The notes: a model not told the origin generated them from the letters alone. Shown: positions 29,307-39,749, numbered from the stretch's first letter. The stretch is 64,000 nt of DNA from an uncultured bacterium (GCA_965368975.1 CBDUPA010000006.1:32001-96000); one strand, 5' to 3'. A program made the numbers and translations.

Positions 29307-29321
29307 TGGCACAAACCTTGC
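29307..29321 (+). promoter_or_regulatory. Sigma-54 -24/-12 promoter
   Basis: TGGCAC-aaacc-TTGC matches the consensus spacing, upstream of an operon that encodes an NtrC-type activator. Confidence 0.85.
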
Positions 29322-29353
29322 CCTGAAGTATAGACCCTTGGAGGAACGTAACC

Positions 29354-30607
29354 GTGGATATACCGCGCGAAGGACATGCTGAGAAAGTACGCAGGAAACG
29401 CATCCTATATGCCATCCTGACCGTTGCCGCGATCACTATCGTCACCGTAGCCCTGGCTCGCCTGGAGCCTGCTGCGCCGACAGTGGAGCGGTCCACGCTG
29501 TACCTCGGCACCGTCGAGCGAGGCGAGATGCTGCGCGAAGTACGCGGTCCCGGTAACCTGGTTCCCGAGGAGCGGCGGTGGATTCCGGCCCGCACCCAGG
29601 GCCGTGTCGAGCACATCATCATCAAGCCCGGCACCGAGGTTCTGCAAGGGACGCCGATCATCGAGTTGAGCAACCCGGACGTCGAGCAGCAGTTCCGCGA
29701 CGCCGAGTTGCAGCTGCGCGCGGCGCAGGCGAACTACGAGGATCTGCGTGTGCGTTTGGAGAGCGACCTGCTCAATCAGCGCGCCGCGGCAGCCGCGATC
29801 GAAGCCGATTATCAGGCCGCCCAACTCGACGCCGAGGCCAATGAAGAATTGGCCAAGGACGGCTTGGTGCCGGACATCGAGCTGCGTCGTTCGCGCATCC
29901 GCGCCGAGCAGTTGAAGAACCGCAACGAGATCGAGAAGGAGCGCCTGGCCAAGACAGCAGAGTCGCTGGAGGCGCAGCTCAACTCTCAGCGAGCGCAGCT
30001 GGAGCAGTCGCGAGAGCTCTACAACCTGCGCAAGGAAGAGCAAGACTCTCTGATCGTGCGCTCGCCGCTCAGCGGCGTGCTGCAGGTGGTGCCGGTGGAA
30101 GAAGGTGAGCAAGTCGCCCCGGGTGCCAACCTGGCCCGTGTCGCGATGCCCGATCGTCTGATGGCAGAGCTGCGCATCGCCGAGACCCAGGCCAAGGACA
30201 TCCAGGTCGGCCAGCTGGCCACCATCGACACCCGCAACGGCGTCATTCCTGGCAACGTTCGCCGGATCGACCCGGCGGCCCAGGAAGGCACGGTGACGGT
30301 CGAGGTCGAGTTGACCGGTGAGTTGCCGCGTGGCGCCCGCCCCGACCTGAGTGTCGACGGCGTGATCGAGATCGAGCGCTTGGCGAACGTGCTGCACGTT
30401 CTGCGCCCGGCCTACGGCCAGGCCAACAGCAAGATCAGCCTGTTCAAGCTCAGCGAGGACGGCAGCCGCGCACAGCGCGTCCAGGTCCAGCTTGGCCGCA
30501 GTTCCGTCAGTACCTTCGAGATCGTCGAGGGCTTGCAAGAAGGCGACGCGGTGATCCTTTCGGACACCTCGCAGTACGACTCCTTCGATCGCCTGAACGT
30601 AGACTGA
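29354..30607 (+). CDS. HlyD/MacA family periplasmic adaptor
   Basis: GTG start with GGAGG RBS; TM anchor, lipoyl-like half motifs (GRVE..KPG; VRSPLSGVL), long coiled coil. Confidence 0.92.
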   Translation: MDIPREGHAEKVRRKRILYAILTVAAITIVTVALARLEPAAPTVERSTLYLGTVERGEMLREVRGPGNLVPEERRWIPARTQGRVEHIIIKPGTEVLQGTPIIELSNPDVEQQFRDAELQLRAAQANYEDLRVRLESDLLNQRAAAAAIEADYQAAQLDAEANEELAKDGLVPDIELRRSRIRAEQLKNRNEIEKERLAKTAESLEAQLNSQRAQLEQSRELYNLRKEEQDSLIVRSPLSGVLQVVPVEEGEQVAPGANLARVAMPDRLMAELRIAETQAKDIQVGQLATIDTRNGVIPGNVRRIDPAAQEGTVTVEVELTGELPRGARPDLSVDGVIEIERLANVLHVLRPAYGQANSKISLFKLSEDGSRAQRVQVQLGRSSVSTFEIVEGLQEGDAVILSDTSQYDSFDRLNVD

Positions 30608-30627
30608 ACGGAATGAGTCGGCGCCGA

Positions 30628-30657
30628 TGAAACAAAACCTTGCCCGGCGTCGTCTAA
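30628..30657 (+). promoter_or_regulatory. Possible ECF sigma promoter (TGAAAC-N17-CGTCTAA)
   Basis: Motif resembles ECF -35/-10 elements; lies in the intergenic gap before the ABC ATPase. Confidence 0.4.
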
Positions 30658-30702
30658 TTTGAGGAACGAGGAACGGAACCCGAAATCTGAGGAGAGAAAC
30701 CC

Positions 30703-31410
30703 ATGAGCGAGTCCACCCAGTCCCTGCTACACCTGGATGGCATCAAGAAGGTCTTCCTGACCGACGAAGTCGAAACCCATGCCTTGGCCGGCATTCACAT
30801 GGATATCCAGAAGGGCGAGTACGTCTCGATCTCCGGGCCGTCGGGTTGCGGTAAGTCGACCCTGCTGTCCATTCTGGGACTGCTGGACACGCCGAGCGAC
30901 GGTGAGTACATCCTCAACGGCCACTCCGTGGCCCGCCTGAGCATGGCCGACCGCGCGCGTATCCGGAACCGCGAGATCGGCTTCATCTTCCAGGCGTTCA
31001 ACCTGATCGGCGACCTGACCGTCTACGAGAACGTCGAACTACCCCTGACCTACCGCGGCATGGGCGGCGCCGAGCGCAAGGAGCGCGTGGCCAAGGCCCT
31101 CGAGCGTGTCGGCATGGCGCACCGCATGAAGCACTATCCGTCGCAACTCTCCGGTGGTCAGCAGCAGCGCGTTGCCGTGGCGCGCGCGGTGGTCGGCGAC
31201 CCGGCCATCCTGCTCGCCGACGAGCCGACCGGTAACCTCGACTCGACCAACGGCGAAGCCGTGATGGACCTGATGAGAGAGTTGCACAAGGCCGGTTCCA
31301 CCATCTGCATGGTGACCCACGATCCGCGCTACGCCAGCTACGCTGACCGCACCATTCGCCTGTTCGACGGCCGTATCGTCGAAGAGGGCGGCCAGACCGA
31401 AGAGGGCTGA
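30703..31410 (+). CDS. ABC transporter ATP-binding protein (MacB/LolD-like)
   Basis: GPSGCGKST, LSGGQQQR, LADEPTGNLD, VTH. Confidence 0.96.
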   Translation: MSESTQSLLHLDGIKKVFLTDEVETHALAGIHMDIQKGEYVSISGPSGCGKSTLLSILGLLDTPSDGEYILNGHSVARLSMADRARIRNREIGFIFQAFNLIGDLTVYENVELPLTYRGMGGAERKERVAKALERVGMAHRMKHYPSQLSGGQQQRVAVARAVVGDPAILLADEPTGNLDSTNGEAVMDLMRELHKAGSTICMVTHDPRYASYADRTIRLFDGRIVEEGGQTEEG

Positions 31411-31657
31411 ACCCCCGCTCGCGCCGACGGCCCAGCGGCTCACCTAGATGGAGGGCCGCTGCCCGGCGGCAATCTGTGGCTGCGTCCCAACCATCTGAAT
31501 CCTGAAACAGACTCTCCCTCGGAGCGGGTGCCCGGTAAAGGCCGGTGTGCCTGCACGGGGTTCGTCTGTCCGCGGCGAGATCGTGTGCTGGCCATTGTTG
31601 CTCGCCGTCTTCGAGTTGTCCGTCGTCCTCGAGTTGCAAGAGTGAAGTGGAGATCCT

Positions 31658-32329
31658 ATGCAGCCTCTGATCCGCCTCGACAATCTCGACCGCTTCTACG
31701 AGACCGGTTTCGGTCGTACCTTCGTGCTGCGTCGCATCAGCCTCGAAGTGCAGCAGGGCGAGTTCATCTCGATTATGGGACCCTCGGGTGCCGGCAAGTC
31801 GACGCTGCTGCACATCCTCGGCATGCTCGACAACGAGTGGGAAGGCGAGTACTACCTGGACGGCAATGCGGTGCACGAGCTGAAGCGCAAGAAGCGCAAC
31901 GAGCTGCACAAGCAATACGTCGGCTTCGTCTTCCAGAGCTACCATTTGCTCGACGACCTCACCGTCTACGAGAACCTGGAGCTGCCGCTGTCCTACAAGG
32001 GCATCAAGAAGGGCGAGCGCGAGAGCATCGTGTGCGACGCCCTCGACCGCTTCCAGATTGTCGGCAAGCGCGACCTGTTCCCCAACCAGCTGTCGGGTGG
32101 CCAGCAACAACTGGTCGCGGTGGCGCGTGCTGTCATCACGCAGCCCAAAGTCATCTTGGCTGACGAGCCGACCGGTAATCTGCATTCGAGCCAGGGCAAA
32201 GACATCATGGAGTTGTTCAAGCAGCTCAACGAGGAAGGCACCACCATCCTGCAAGTGACCCACTCCGAGGTCAATGCCGGCTACGGCAGCCGGGTGGTCG
32301 AACTGCAAGACGGCTGGATCGTCGACTGA
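31658..32329 (+). CDS. ABC transporter ATP-binding protein (MacB/LolD-like)
   Basis: GPSGAGKST, LSGGQQQ, LADEPTGNLH, VTH. Confidence 0.95.
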   Translation: MQPLIRLDNLDRFYETGFGRTFVLRRISLEVQQGEFISIMGPSGAGKSTLLHILGMLDNEWEGEYYLDGNAVHELKRKKRNELHKQYVGFVFQSYHLLDDLTVYENLELPLSYKGIKKGERESIVCDALDRFQIVGKRDLFPNQLSGGQQQLVAVARAVITQPKVILADEPTGNLHSSQGKDIMELFKQLNEEGTTILQVTHSEVNAGYGSRVVELQDGWIVD

Positions 32330-32359
32330 CGGACGTGCTGGTGACGAGGGAGTCCTGAC

Positions 32360-33721
32360 GTGAGTGCTCGCATCTTGGTCGCCGACGATCAGCTGGACGT
32401 CCTCGAAGCGCTGCGCCTGCTGCTCAAGACCGAGGGGTTTCAGGTCACCCTCGCTTCCTCACCGGAAGAAGTGCTGGGAGAGCTCCAGGAGCGTGACTAC
32501 GACGTCCTGCTCATGGACCTCAACTACACGCGCGACACCACATCCGGACGCGAAGGTCTGGACCTGCTGCACAAGCTGCAGGAGCTGGATGAGACGCTGC
32601 CGATCGTCGTGATGACCGCCTGGGGCAGCGTCGAGGTGGCGGTCGAAGCGATGCGCCGCGGTGCGCGCGACTTCGTCGAGAAGCCGTGGGACAACAATCG
32701 CCTGCTGAGTATTCTGCGAACGCAGGCCGAACTGGGACGGGCGCTGCGCCGGCAGCAGCGTTTGGAGCAGGAGAATCAGCTGCTGCGCGGCAATGGCTCC
32801 GGCGCCTCCGACATGATCGCCGAGTCGCGCGCCATGCAACCGGTGCTGCAGATCATCGAGCGGGTTTCACCTTCGGACGCCAACATCCTGATCACTGGTG
32901 AAAACGGTACCGGCAAGGGTCTGGTGGCGCGCGTCGTCCACGAGCGCTCGGAGCGCGCGGGCCGGCCCCTGGTGTCCGTCAATGCCGGTGGACTGTCCGA
33001 GGGCGTCTTCGAGAGCGAGCTGTTCGGCCACGTGCGCGGTGCCTTCACCGATGCCAAGAACGATCGCGTGGGCCGCTTCGAGATGGCGGACTCGGGCACG
33101 CTCTTTCTCGACGAGATCGCCAACGTTCCCTCGAGCCAGCAGGCCAAGTTGCTGCGCGTGCTCGAGACCGGCGAGCTGGAGCGTGTCGGCTCGTCGAAGA
33201 CACGCACCGTCGACGTGCGCGTGTTGTCGGCGACCAATTCGGACCTGGCGCAGGAAGTCGCCGACGGGCGCTTCCGCCAGGACCTGCTGTACCGGCTCAA
33301 CACCATCACGCTGCACCTGCCGCCGCTGCGCGACCGCCGCGAAGACATCCCGCTGCTCGCTCACAGTTTCCTGGAGCGCCACGCCCAGCGCTACCGCAAG
33401 AGCCTCCGGGGCTTTGCCGAGACAGCGATCAAGGCCTTGATGGCGCATCCTTGGCCGGGTAACGTGCGCGAACTGGACCACGCCGTCGAGCGCAGCGTGC
33501 TGATGTCGACCGCCGACGAGGTACGAGCACCGGACCTGGGGCTGCAGGAAGCGGGCAACGATGGCCTGCCAGTCTTCGAGGACATGACCCTCGACGAGAT
33601 CGAGAAGTTGGTGATTCAAAAGGCACTGACGCGCCACGAAGGCAACGTCAAGCAAGCGGCGCACACCCTCGGCCTGAGCCGTAGCGCGCTCTACCGGCGA
33701 CTGGAACGCTACGAGCTGTGA
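32360..33721 (+). CDS. NtrC-family sigma-54-dependent response regulator
   Basis: REC domain, GENGTGK, ESELFGHVRGAFTDA, WPGNVREL, C-terminal Fis-type HTH. Confidence 0.96.
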   Translation: MSARILVADDQLDVLEALRLLLKTEGFQVTLASSPEEVLGELQERDYDVLLMDLNYTRDTTSGREGLDLLHKLQELDETLPIVVMTAWGSVEVAVEAMRRGARDFVEKPWDNNRLLSILRTQAELGRALRRQQRLEQENQLLRGNGSGASDMIAESRAMQPVLQIIERVSPSDANILITGENGTGKGLVARVVHERSERAGRPLVSVNAGGLSEGVFESELFGHVRGAFTDAKNDRVGRFEMADSGTLFLDEIANVPSSQQAKLLRVLETGELERVGSSKTRTVDVRVLSATNSDLAQEVADGRFRQDLLYRLNTITLHLPPLRDRREDIPLLAHSFLERHAQRYRKSLRGFAETAIKALMAHPWPGNVRELDHAVERSVLMSTADEVRAPDLGLQEAGNDGLPVFEDMTLDEIEKLVIQKALTRHEGNVKQAAHTLGLSRSALYRRLERYEL

Positions 33722-33748
33722 GTCCGAATCCTTGAGTCCGGAGGTCAG

Positions 33749-35080
33749 ATGACTCACGAGCGCCGCGTTCTGGTCCTCGCCTTCTGGGCGGGCTTGCCCG
33801 GTGCTCTGGTCTCCCTCTCGATCCTCTGGTTCGGCGACTACAGCCTCAAGGTGCAGTGGACGTTGACCTTGTTCATCGTCGGTATCTGGTTCGGCTGTGC
33901 CATCGCCGTGCGCAGTCGCGTCACCTTCACGCTGCAGACGCTGGCCAACCTGCTCGAAGCGACGCGCGAAGGCGACTACTCGCTGCGCGGTCGCCATGCC
34001 GTGCCGGACGATGCCTTGGGCCAGGTCATGCTGGAGATCAACACCCTCTCCAGCACCCTGCGCCGCCAGCGCTTCGAAGCCGTCGAGGCTACTGGGCTGA
34101 TGCGTACCGTCATCGCCGAGATCGACCTGGCGGTCTTCGCCTTCGATGATCTCGGCCGCCTGCAATTGGTCAACCGTGCCGGCGAGAAGGTCTTGGCGCG
34201 TCCTGCCGACAGCCTGCTCGGCCGGCGCGCTGTATCGCTCGGACTCGAGCAGTTCTTACAGGGGCCCATCCAGCACACCGTGCAGAAGACGTTTCCGGGC
34301 GGTGTTGGTCGCTGGGGCGTGCGGCGCAGCCACTTCCGTCTCGACGGCCGTGACCATGTATTGCTCGTGCTCACCGACCTCAGTCGCACCTTGCGTGAGG
34401 AAGAGCGCCAGGCCTGGCAGCGTCTGATCCGCGTGCTCGGCCACGAACTCAACAACTCGCTGACGCCGATCAAGTCCATGTCCTCGACGCTGCAGATGCT
34501 CGCCGAGCGCAAGCCCGACGAATGGGAGGACGACTTGCGCGGTGGTCTACGCTTGATCGGCGACCGTGCCGAGGCGCTCAGCCGTTTCATTCGCGCCTAC
34601 TCGCGACTCGCCCGCCTGCCACAGCCGAAGAGGCGGCCGCTCGAGGTCGGTCCGTGGTTGGAACGTCTGTCCAACCTGGGTCCCGAGTTCGACCACTCAG
34701 TCCAGCTCGGCTTGGAACCCGGGCCGCCCGTCACCGTGCAGGCTGATGCCGACCAGCTGGAACAGCTCCTGATCAACCTGCTGCGCAATGCCGCTGACGC
34801 GGTCAAGGAAGCCGGGGGTCGCGGCGGCGTCCAGCTTGGCTGGCTGCGCCTGGGCGACCCGAGAGGGGCAGGGCAGCTGGAAATCCACGTCATCGACGAC
34901 GGTCCGGGGTTGGCCAACATCGACAACCTCTTCGTTCCCTTCTTCACCACCAAGCCGCAGGGAACCGGCATAGGCCTCGTCTTGTGTCGCCAGATCGCCG
35001 AGGCGCACGGCGGCACCTTGACGCTCGAGAACCGCCAGGACGTTCAGGGCTGTATCGCGCGCCTGCGCCTGCCGCTGTAG
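33749..35080 (+). CDS. Sensor histidine kinase (NtrY-like)
   Basis: Two TM segments, PAS-like region, HELNNSLTPI, NLLRNA, DDGPG, FFTTK, GTGIGL. Confidence 0.95.
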   Translation: MTHERRVLVLAFWAGLPGALVSLSILWFGDYSLKVQWTLTLFIVGIWFGCAIAVRSRVTFTLQTLANLLEATREGDYSLRGRHAVPDDALGQVMLEINTLSSTLRRQRFEAVEATGLMRTVIAEIDLAVFAFDDLGRLQLVNRAGEKVLARPADSLLGRRAVSLGLEQFLQGPIQHTVQKTFPGGVGRWGVRRSHFRLDGRDHVLLVLTDLSRTLREEERQAWQRLIRVLGHELNNSLTPIKSMSSTLQMLAERKPDEWEDDLRGGLRLIGDRAEALSRFIRAYSRLARLPQPKRRPLEVGPWLERLSNLGPEFDHSVQLGLEPGPPVTVQADADQLEQLLINLLRNAADAVKEAGGRGGVQLGWLRLGDPRGAGQLEIHVIDDGPGLANIDNLFVPFFTTKPQGTGIGLVLCRQIAEAHGGTLTLENRQDVQGCIARLRLPL

Positions 35081-35108
35081 TGCTGCCGTCTCAGAGTCGG
35101 TTCTCGTC

Positions 35109-35795
35109 CTAGCCGAAGGTGGCGCGTTTGTGCTTCTCGCGCCGCTTGCCGTGCCAGTAGGTGATGGGGCCGAGCAGCGAGTAGAGCCAGCCGGGAAGGC
35201 CGAAATGAATCCCGACATGGGCGAGAGCGAGCACGATGGAAACCACGCCCAGCAGCACGTAGATCCAGTAGTGCCGGCACCACGTGTAGGCATCGAAGAC
35301 CTCCTCCGGGGACAACTCCAGCTGCTGCTTGCTGCGTGCCGCGTGTCGGTAGAGTAGGGCGATGCAGAGAAACACCAGGACGAAGCCGGCGCTGTAGAGG
35401 GCAAACAGCTGAGCCAGCTGATCGAAGCCGCTGAGCCCCATGCTCTCGGCGTTCACCGGTACCACGCGGAAGATGTACGCAGCGAAGAGCGTCGAGAGGA
35501 ACTTGAGCGGATAGACGTAGAACAGCACCACGAAGAGCAAGATCGAATTGAGCGTGATCGTGGTGCCGTCGCGCAGGTCGAAGCGCCGGAACAGGTGGTA
35601 GTGTGCCTGCCAGATCAGGATCAGCATGGTGAAGCTGAAGGCGAAGGCGATGAAGCCGAAGAGGTTGCCCATCAGCTCATCGAAACTGTGGGGGACCTCC
35701 AACGACACCACTAGGAGCGTTGCCGAGATGGCGAACACACCGTCGCTGAAGGCTTCGATGCGATTGCTGCCGACGGCGTGACCTTGGGTACTCAT
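35109..35795 (-). CDS. TMEM175 family potassium channel
   Basis: RIEAFSDGVFAISATLLV signature; six hydrophobic segments. Confidence 0.9.
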   Translation of the reverse strand: MSTQGHAVGSNRIEAFSDGVFAISATLLVVSLEVPHSFDELMGNLFGFIAFAFSFTMLILIWQAHYHLFRRFDLRDGTTITLNSILLFVVLFYVYPLKFLSTLFAAYIFRVVPVNAESMGLSGFDQLAQLFALYSAGFVLVFLCIALLYRHAARSKQQLELSPEEVFDAYTWCRHYWIYVLLGVVSIVLALAHVGIHFGLPGWLYSLLGPITYWHGKRREKHKRATFG

Positions 35796-35847
35796 AAATT
35801 AAGCCTACACCACTGTCTCGACCTCCAAGCTGACGCACCGGCCGGTA

Positions 35848-36048
35848 CTACTCCGGACGCAGCACGATCACCGGGCCCATGCGCGTGGCACGCCGAGCGG
35901 GAAGAACGCCCCGGGCCGGCCCGCGGCTAGGCCGAAGGCGGTGAAGCGCAGTCCCTCACCGACCACCATGCGCAGCACGTCGAGGCGGCTGACACCGAGC
36001 GCCATGCGCAGGCCAATCTCCTGGGGTCGGTGCGCGGCCCGAGTAGGC
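35848..36048 (-). pseudogene. Decayed copy of the 3' end of the adjacent ADOP permease
   Basis: High DNA similarity to 36510-36821 (QEIGLRMALG.SRLDVLRMVVGEGLRF) with a 112-bp internal deletion. Confidence 0.85.
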
Positions 36049-36509
36049 CAGGACGCGTCCGGCCATCGTACGGGGCACCGGCATCGGTCTCGTCCTGTTC
36101 CGCGAGATCGCGGAAGCACATGGCAGCACGCTGACGCTAGAACCGTCGGAGATGCAAGGCGTGCATCGCACGCCTGCGTCTACCGCTGTAAGGGTTGTTG
36201 GGTTGTTCCTGGCCTCCGGCTCCGGACCAGATGAGGCTCCGGAGGCCAGAGCAGGACTCAGAGGCAACTTGGCCGACAGAGTCGGTCGGTTGCGCAGCAC
36301 CATGCGACGCATTGGTTCACCGTTGTTGGGTTGCCCCAAGCGGCGCAATCCTCAATGCATTGACAGTCCTGAAGCAAGAGCTGGGACAGGGAAGCATCAG
36401 CCTGCTTGTTGATGACGGTATCGGAACTCGTTTCGCAAACGGGCGCTTCCAGGGTCGAGTTGGGTTCAGTCACGACAAACATATCGAAGCCAGAGGTAGA
36501 TGCCCCCCC

Positions 36510-38927
36510 CTACTCCTGACGCAGTGCGATCACCGGATCGATGCGCGTGGCACGCCGAGCGGGAATGACGCTGGCCAGGATGGCGACGAGTAGCAGGGTG
36601 ATCGAGACGCCGGCCATGGTCCACAGGTCGTGGGGCGGGATGCCGTAGAGCAGGCTGGTCAGGAAGCGGGCTAGGAAGAAGGCGGCGAACAGGCCGGCGA
36701 GCAGGCCCGCAACGGTGAAGCGCAGCCCCTCACCGACCACCATGCGCAGCACGTCGAGGCGGCTGGCGCCGAGGGCCATGCGCAGGCCGATCTCCTGGGT
36801 CCGCCGGTTCACCGAGTAGGCGAGCACGCCATAAAGGCCTATCGCCGCCAACACCATGGCGATGCTGGCGAGCACCAGCAAAACGACCATCGCGAAGCGC
36901 TCGCGTTGCACCGAGGTGGCGATCAGATCCTCAATGACGGCCAGGCTGTGTGCCGGCTGGTTGGGATTGACGTCCAGGATGGCACGGCGCACGGCTTCGA
37001 CCTGCAAGGCCGGATCGCCGCTGGTGCGCACGACCACATTGAGGCCACCGAATGGGTTCTGCGCCAGCGGGATGAACATTTCCGGCTTGGAAGGCTCGGC
37101 GAGACCGTAGTAGCGCGTGTCCCCAACCACGCCGGCGACGCGGTAGGTGGTCTCGCCGCGGAAGAAGATCTTCAGCCACTTGCCGACGGCGCTCTCCCCC
37201 GGCCAGAGGCGCTCGGCCATGGTGCGGTTGATGACGACCATCTTCTCGGTGTCCTGCCGGTCCCGTTCGTCGATGGCGCGACCTTCGAGCAGCGGGATGC
37301 CGACGGTGCTGAAGTAGTTGGGCAGCACTGTGCGGAAGTCCGCTTGAGGTGCCTCCTCCATGGGCAACAGCTCGTGTCCCTCGGCCTGGTAGGCGAGGTC
37401 GAAGTTGATGCCGACGTCACTGAACGGCAGCGCGTTGACTGCTGACGCCGACTCGACACCGGGAACCGCCTCGATACGCTGCGTCACCTGCTCGAAGTAG
37501 CGCACGATGTTCTGGCGCTCTTGCCAATCGCTGCGATCGAGGAAGATTCGGGCGGTGATCAGGCGGTCGGGCTGGAAGCCCGGGTCGACGCTCAGCAGGC
37601 TGATGAAGCTGCGCGTCAGCAAACCGGCCCCGACCAGCAGCAGCAAGGCCAGGCCGACCTCGGCCACCACCAGCAGCATGCGGGTCCGCTGGCCGCTCTG
37701 GTGGTTGGATCCGGAGCGGCCGGCGCCGCTGCGCAAGGCGTCGACCAGATTCACCCTCGAGGTGTGCAGCGCCGGTGCCAGTCCGAACAGCAAACCAGTG
37801 AACAACGAGATCACCAGTGCGAAACCCAGCACCGGGCCGTTGACGGCGACCTCGGCAGCGCGCGGCAGCCAGCCGCCCTGCATTCGCAGCAGCACCTTGA
37901 GCCCCAAGTAGGCTAACCAGATGCCGATCAGGCCGCCGGCCATCGACAGGATGACGCTCTCCGTCAGCAGTTGCCGTACCAGTCGCATCCGCTCGGCACC
38001 CAGCGCCGAGCGGATGCTGAGTTCGGTCTCGCGTCCGCTGGCGCGAACCAGCAGCAAGTTGGCGACATTCGCGCAAGCGAGCAGCAACAGCACGCCGACG
38101 GCACCGAACAGAATCAGCAGCAGTGTTCGCGAGTTGCCGACGATCTGCTCGCGCAGTGGCATCAGCTCCACGGTCCAACCCTTGTTCGAGCGCGGGTTGG
38201 TTTCGGCCAGCTGTGCTGCGATGGTGTTCAGGTCGCCTTGAGCCTGCTCGAGTGAGACTCCAGCCTTCAGTCGGCCGATGGCGCCCACCCGGCGGGCGAA
38301 GCGGCCACGGTCGGGGCGTAGCACGATCGGTCGCCAGGCCTCCACCTCGTCGGTTGGCATCTCGAGTCCCGGAGGCATGACACCGACGACTCTGTGTGCC
38401 TCGTTGTCGAGGATCAGTTCCTGGCCGATGATCGAGCTGTCACTGCCGAAGCGCTTCTGCCACAGATCGAAGCTCAGCAGCAGCACCTTGTCGTTGCCCT
38501 CTTCGCCCTCCTCGGGAATGAAGGTGCGGCCCAGTGCCGCGGGCACGCCGAGCAGGTCGAAGAGACTGACCGTCGCCTCGACCAGCCGCAACTCCTGTGC
38601 CTCGGCACCGCCGGTCAGGGTCGCGGAATCCCACTGGTAGCCGGCGAGGTCGTCCAGCGTTCGGTTGCCTTCACGAAAGTCGTAGAGGTTGGCCGCGGAG
38701 GTGTTGCCCATCTCGACGCTCTGGGCCACGTTCGACTCCCCGACACGTACCAGCAGGTCGGGTTGCTCGAACGGCAGCGGCTGCAGAATGACGCCATAGA
38801 CGACGCTGAAGATGGCGGTGGTAGAACCGATGCCAAGCGCCAGCGTCACCAGTGCGACGAGGGTGAACAGGGGCTTGCGCAGCAGCGTCCGGACGGCGAA
38901 TTGCAGATCCTGGAACAAGCTTTCCAT
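36510..38927 (-). CDS. ADOP-type (acidobacterial duplicated) MacB/FtsX-like ABC permease
   Basis: MESLFQDLQFAVRTLLRKP..TLALGIG, ACANVANLLL.R, RTQEIGLRMALGA, PARRATRIDPVIALR; GGAGG RBS. Confidence 0.95.
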   Translation of the reverse strand: MESLFQDLQFAVRTLLRKPLFTLVALVTLALGIGSTTAIFSVVYGVILQPLPFEQPDLLVRVGESNVAQSVEMGNTSAANLYDFREGNRTLDDLAGYQWDSATLTGGAEAQELRLVEATVSLFDLLGVPAALGRTFIPEEGEEGNDKVLLLSFDLWQKRFGSDSSIIGQELILDNEAHRVVGVMPPGLEMPTDEVEAWRPIVLRPDRGRFARRVGAIGRLKAGVSLEQAQGDLNTIAAQLAETNPRSNKGWTVELMPLREQIVGNSRTLLLILFGAVGVLLLLACANVANLLLVRASGRETELSIRSALGAERMRLVRQLLTESVILSMAGGLIGIWLAYLGLKVLLRMQGGWLPRAAEVAVNGPVLGFALVISLFTGLLFGLAPALHTSRVNLVDALRSGAGRSGSNHQSGQRTRMLLVVAEVGLALLLLVGAGLLTRSFISLLSVDPGFQPDRLITARIFLDRSDWQERQNIVRYFEQVTQRIEAVPGVESASAVNALPFSDVGINFDLAYQAEGHELLPMEEAPQADFRTVLPNYFSTVGIPLLEGRAIDERDRQDTEKMVVINRTMAERLWPGESAVGKWLKIFFRGETTYRVAGVVGDTRYYGLAEPSKPEMFIPLAQNPFGGLNVVVRTSGDPALQVEAVRRAILDVNPNQPAHSLAVIEDLIATSVQRERFAMVVLLVLASIAMVLAAIGLYGVLAYSVNRRTQEIGLRMALGASRLDVLRMVVGEGLRFTVAGLLAGLFAAFFLARFLTSLLYGIPPHDLWTMAGVSITLLLVAILASVIPARRATRIDPVIALRQE

Positions 38928-39098
38928 AGAGGTCCTCCCAAGGACCGGAGGTCGTGAAGGGCAAGGCGATGGCAGGAGACAGCAGAAGGTGGGCAGGGGA
39001 ACCCGCTGGACCTCCCCGCTCCAGTCGAGGAACCCTCGGCGAGCGCAGTTCCTGCGCTTCCGAGCAGATGTCGGCTGAGAAACCCAGCAACCTGGATG

Positions 39099-39749
39099 TC
39101 AAGTGCTGGCTTCGAGGCCCGCGACGACGTCGCTGGTGGTGACCAGGTCGATGCCGCGCTCTTCCCATTCGCGTTGCAAGCGGTCGCCGGCTTCTGTGTC
39201 GATCGGGCGAGTGGCGTCGGTCACCAGCGCCAGGTTGCGGTAGCCCCGCTGCCACAGTCCTTCGACGGCGTGGCGATTGCAGATGTCAAGGGCCACGCCG
39301 TAGACCACAATGCGCTCGGGATCGAAGTGCCGCAGCACCGCCTCGGTGTTCGGATTGTCGAACACATTGACCGTCCGCTTGAGGATCAGCACCTCCGGGA
39401 CGTCGGTCAGGCGCGTCTCCATGCCGAGCGCCGACACTGGTTCGTGACCGACCTCGAGTGCGTCGGATAACCGTGTCGCGTCGATCTTCTCGGCACCCTC
39501 TGTACCGTGCATGCAGTGGGGCGGGTATGTTGTGTCGAAGTCCGGGTCGTCACTGATCTCGGCGTCTTCGGGGGTGTGATCGTCCGCGGAGGCGACGATG
39601 GGGACACCGTGAAGACGGGCTGCTTCCGTCAAGCGCGACAGGTTGACGTCCAGCGTCTCGGCCTCGGGCACGTAGAGCTTTCCGTCGGAGCGCATGAAAT
39701 CGATCTGGGTATCGACGTCCCAGAAGAGTAGAGGTACACGTTCGGGCAT
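39099..39749 (-). CDS. Isochorismatase-family cysteine hydrolase (nicotinamidase-like)
   Basis: DVDTQIDFM..GKLYV, DDH, YPPHC..GT.GA, GVALDIC. Confidence 0.9.
   Translation of the reverse strand: MPERVPLLFWDVDTQIDFMRSDGKLYVPEAETLDVNLSRLTEAARLHGVPIVASADDHTPEDAEISDDPDFDTTYPPHCMHGTEGAEKIDATRLSDALEVGHEPVSALGMETRLTDVPEVLILKRTVNVFDNPNTEAVLRHFDPERIVVYGVALDICNRHAVEGLWQRGYRNLALVTDATRPIDTEAGDRLQREWEERGIDLVTTSDVVAGLEAST

Noticed and set aside
31411-31657. 247-bp gap between the two ABC ATPases as a riboswitch or small gene
   Set aside because: Only short GC hairpins; no recognisable motif or credible ORF.
36120-36500. Small ORFs in the lower-GC gap downstream of the ADOP permease
   Set aside because: No RBS, motif or consistent codon bias; probably decayed sequence.
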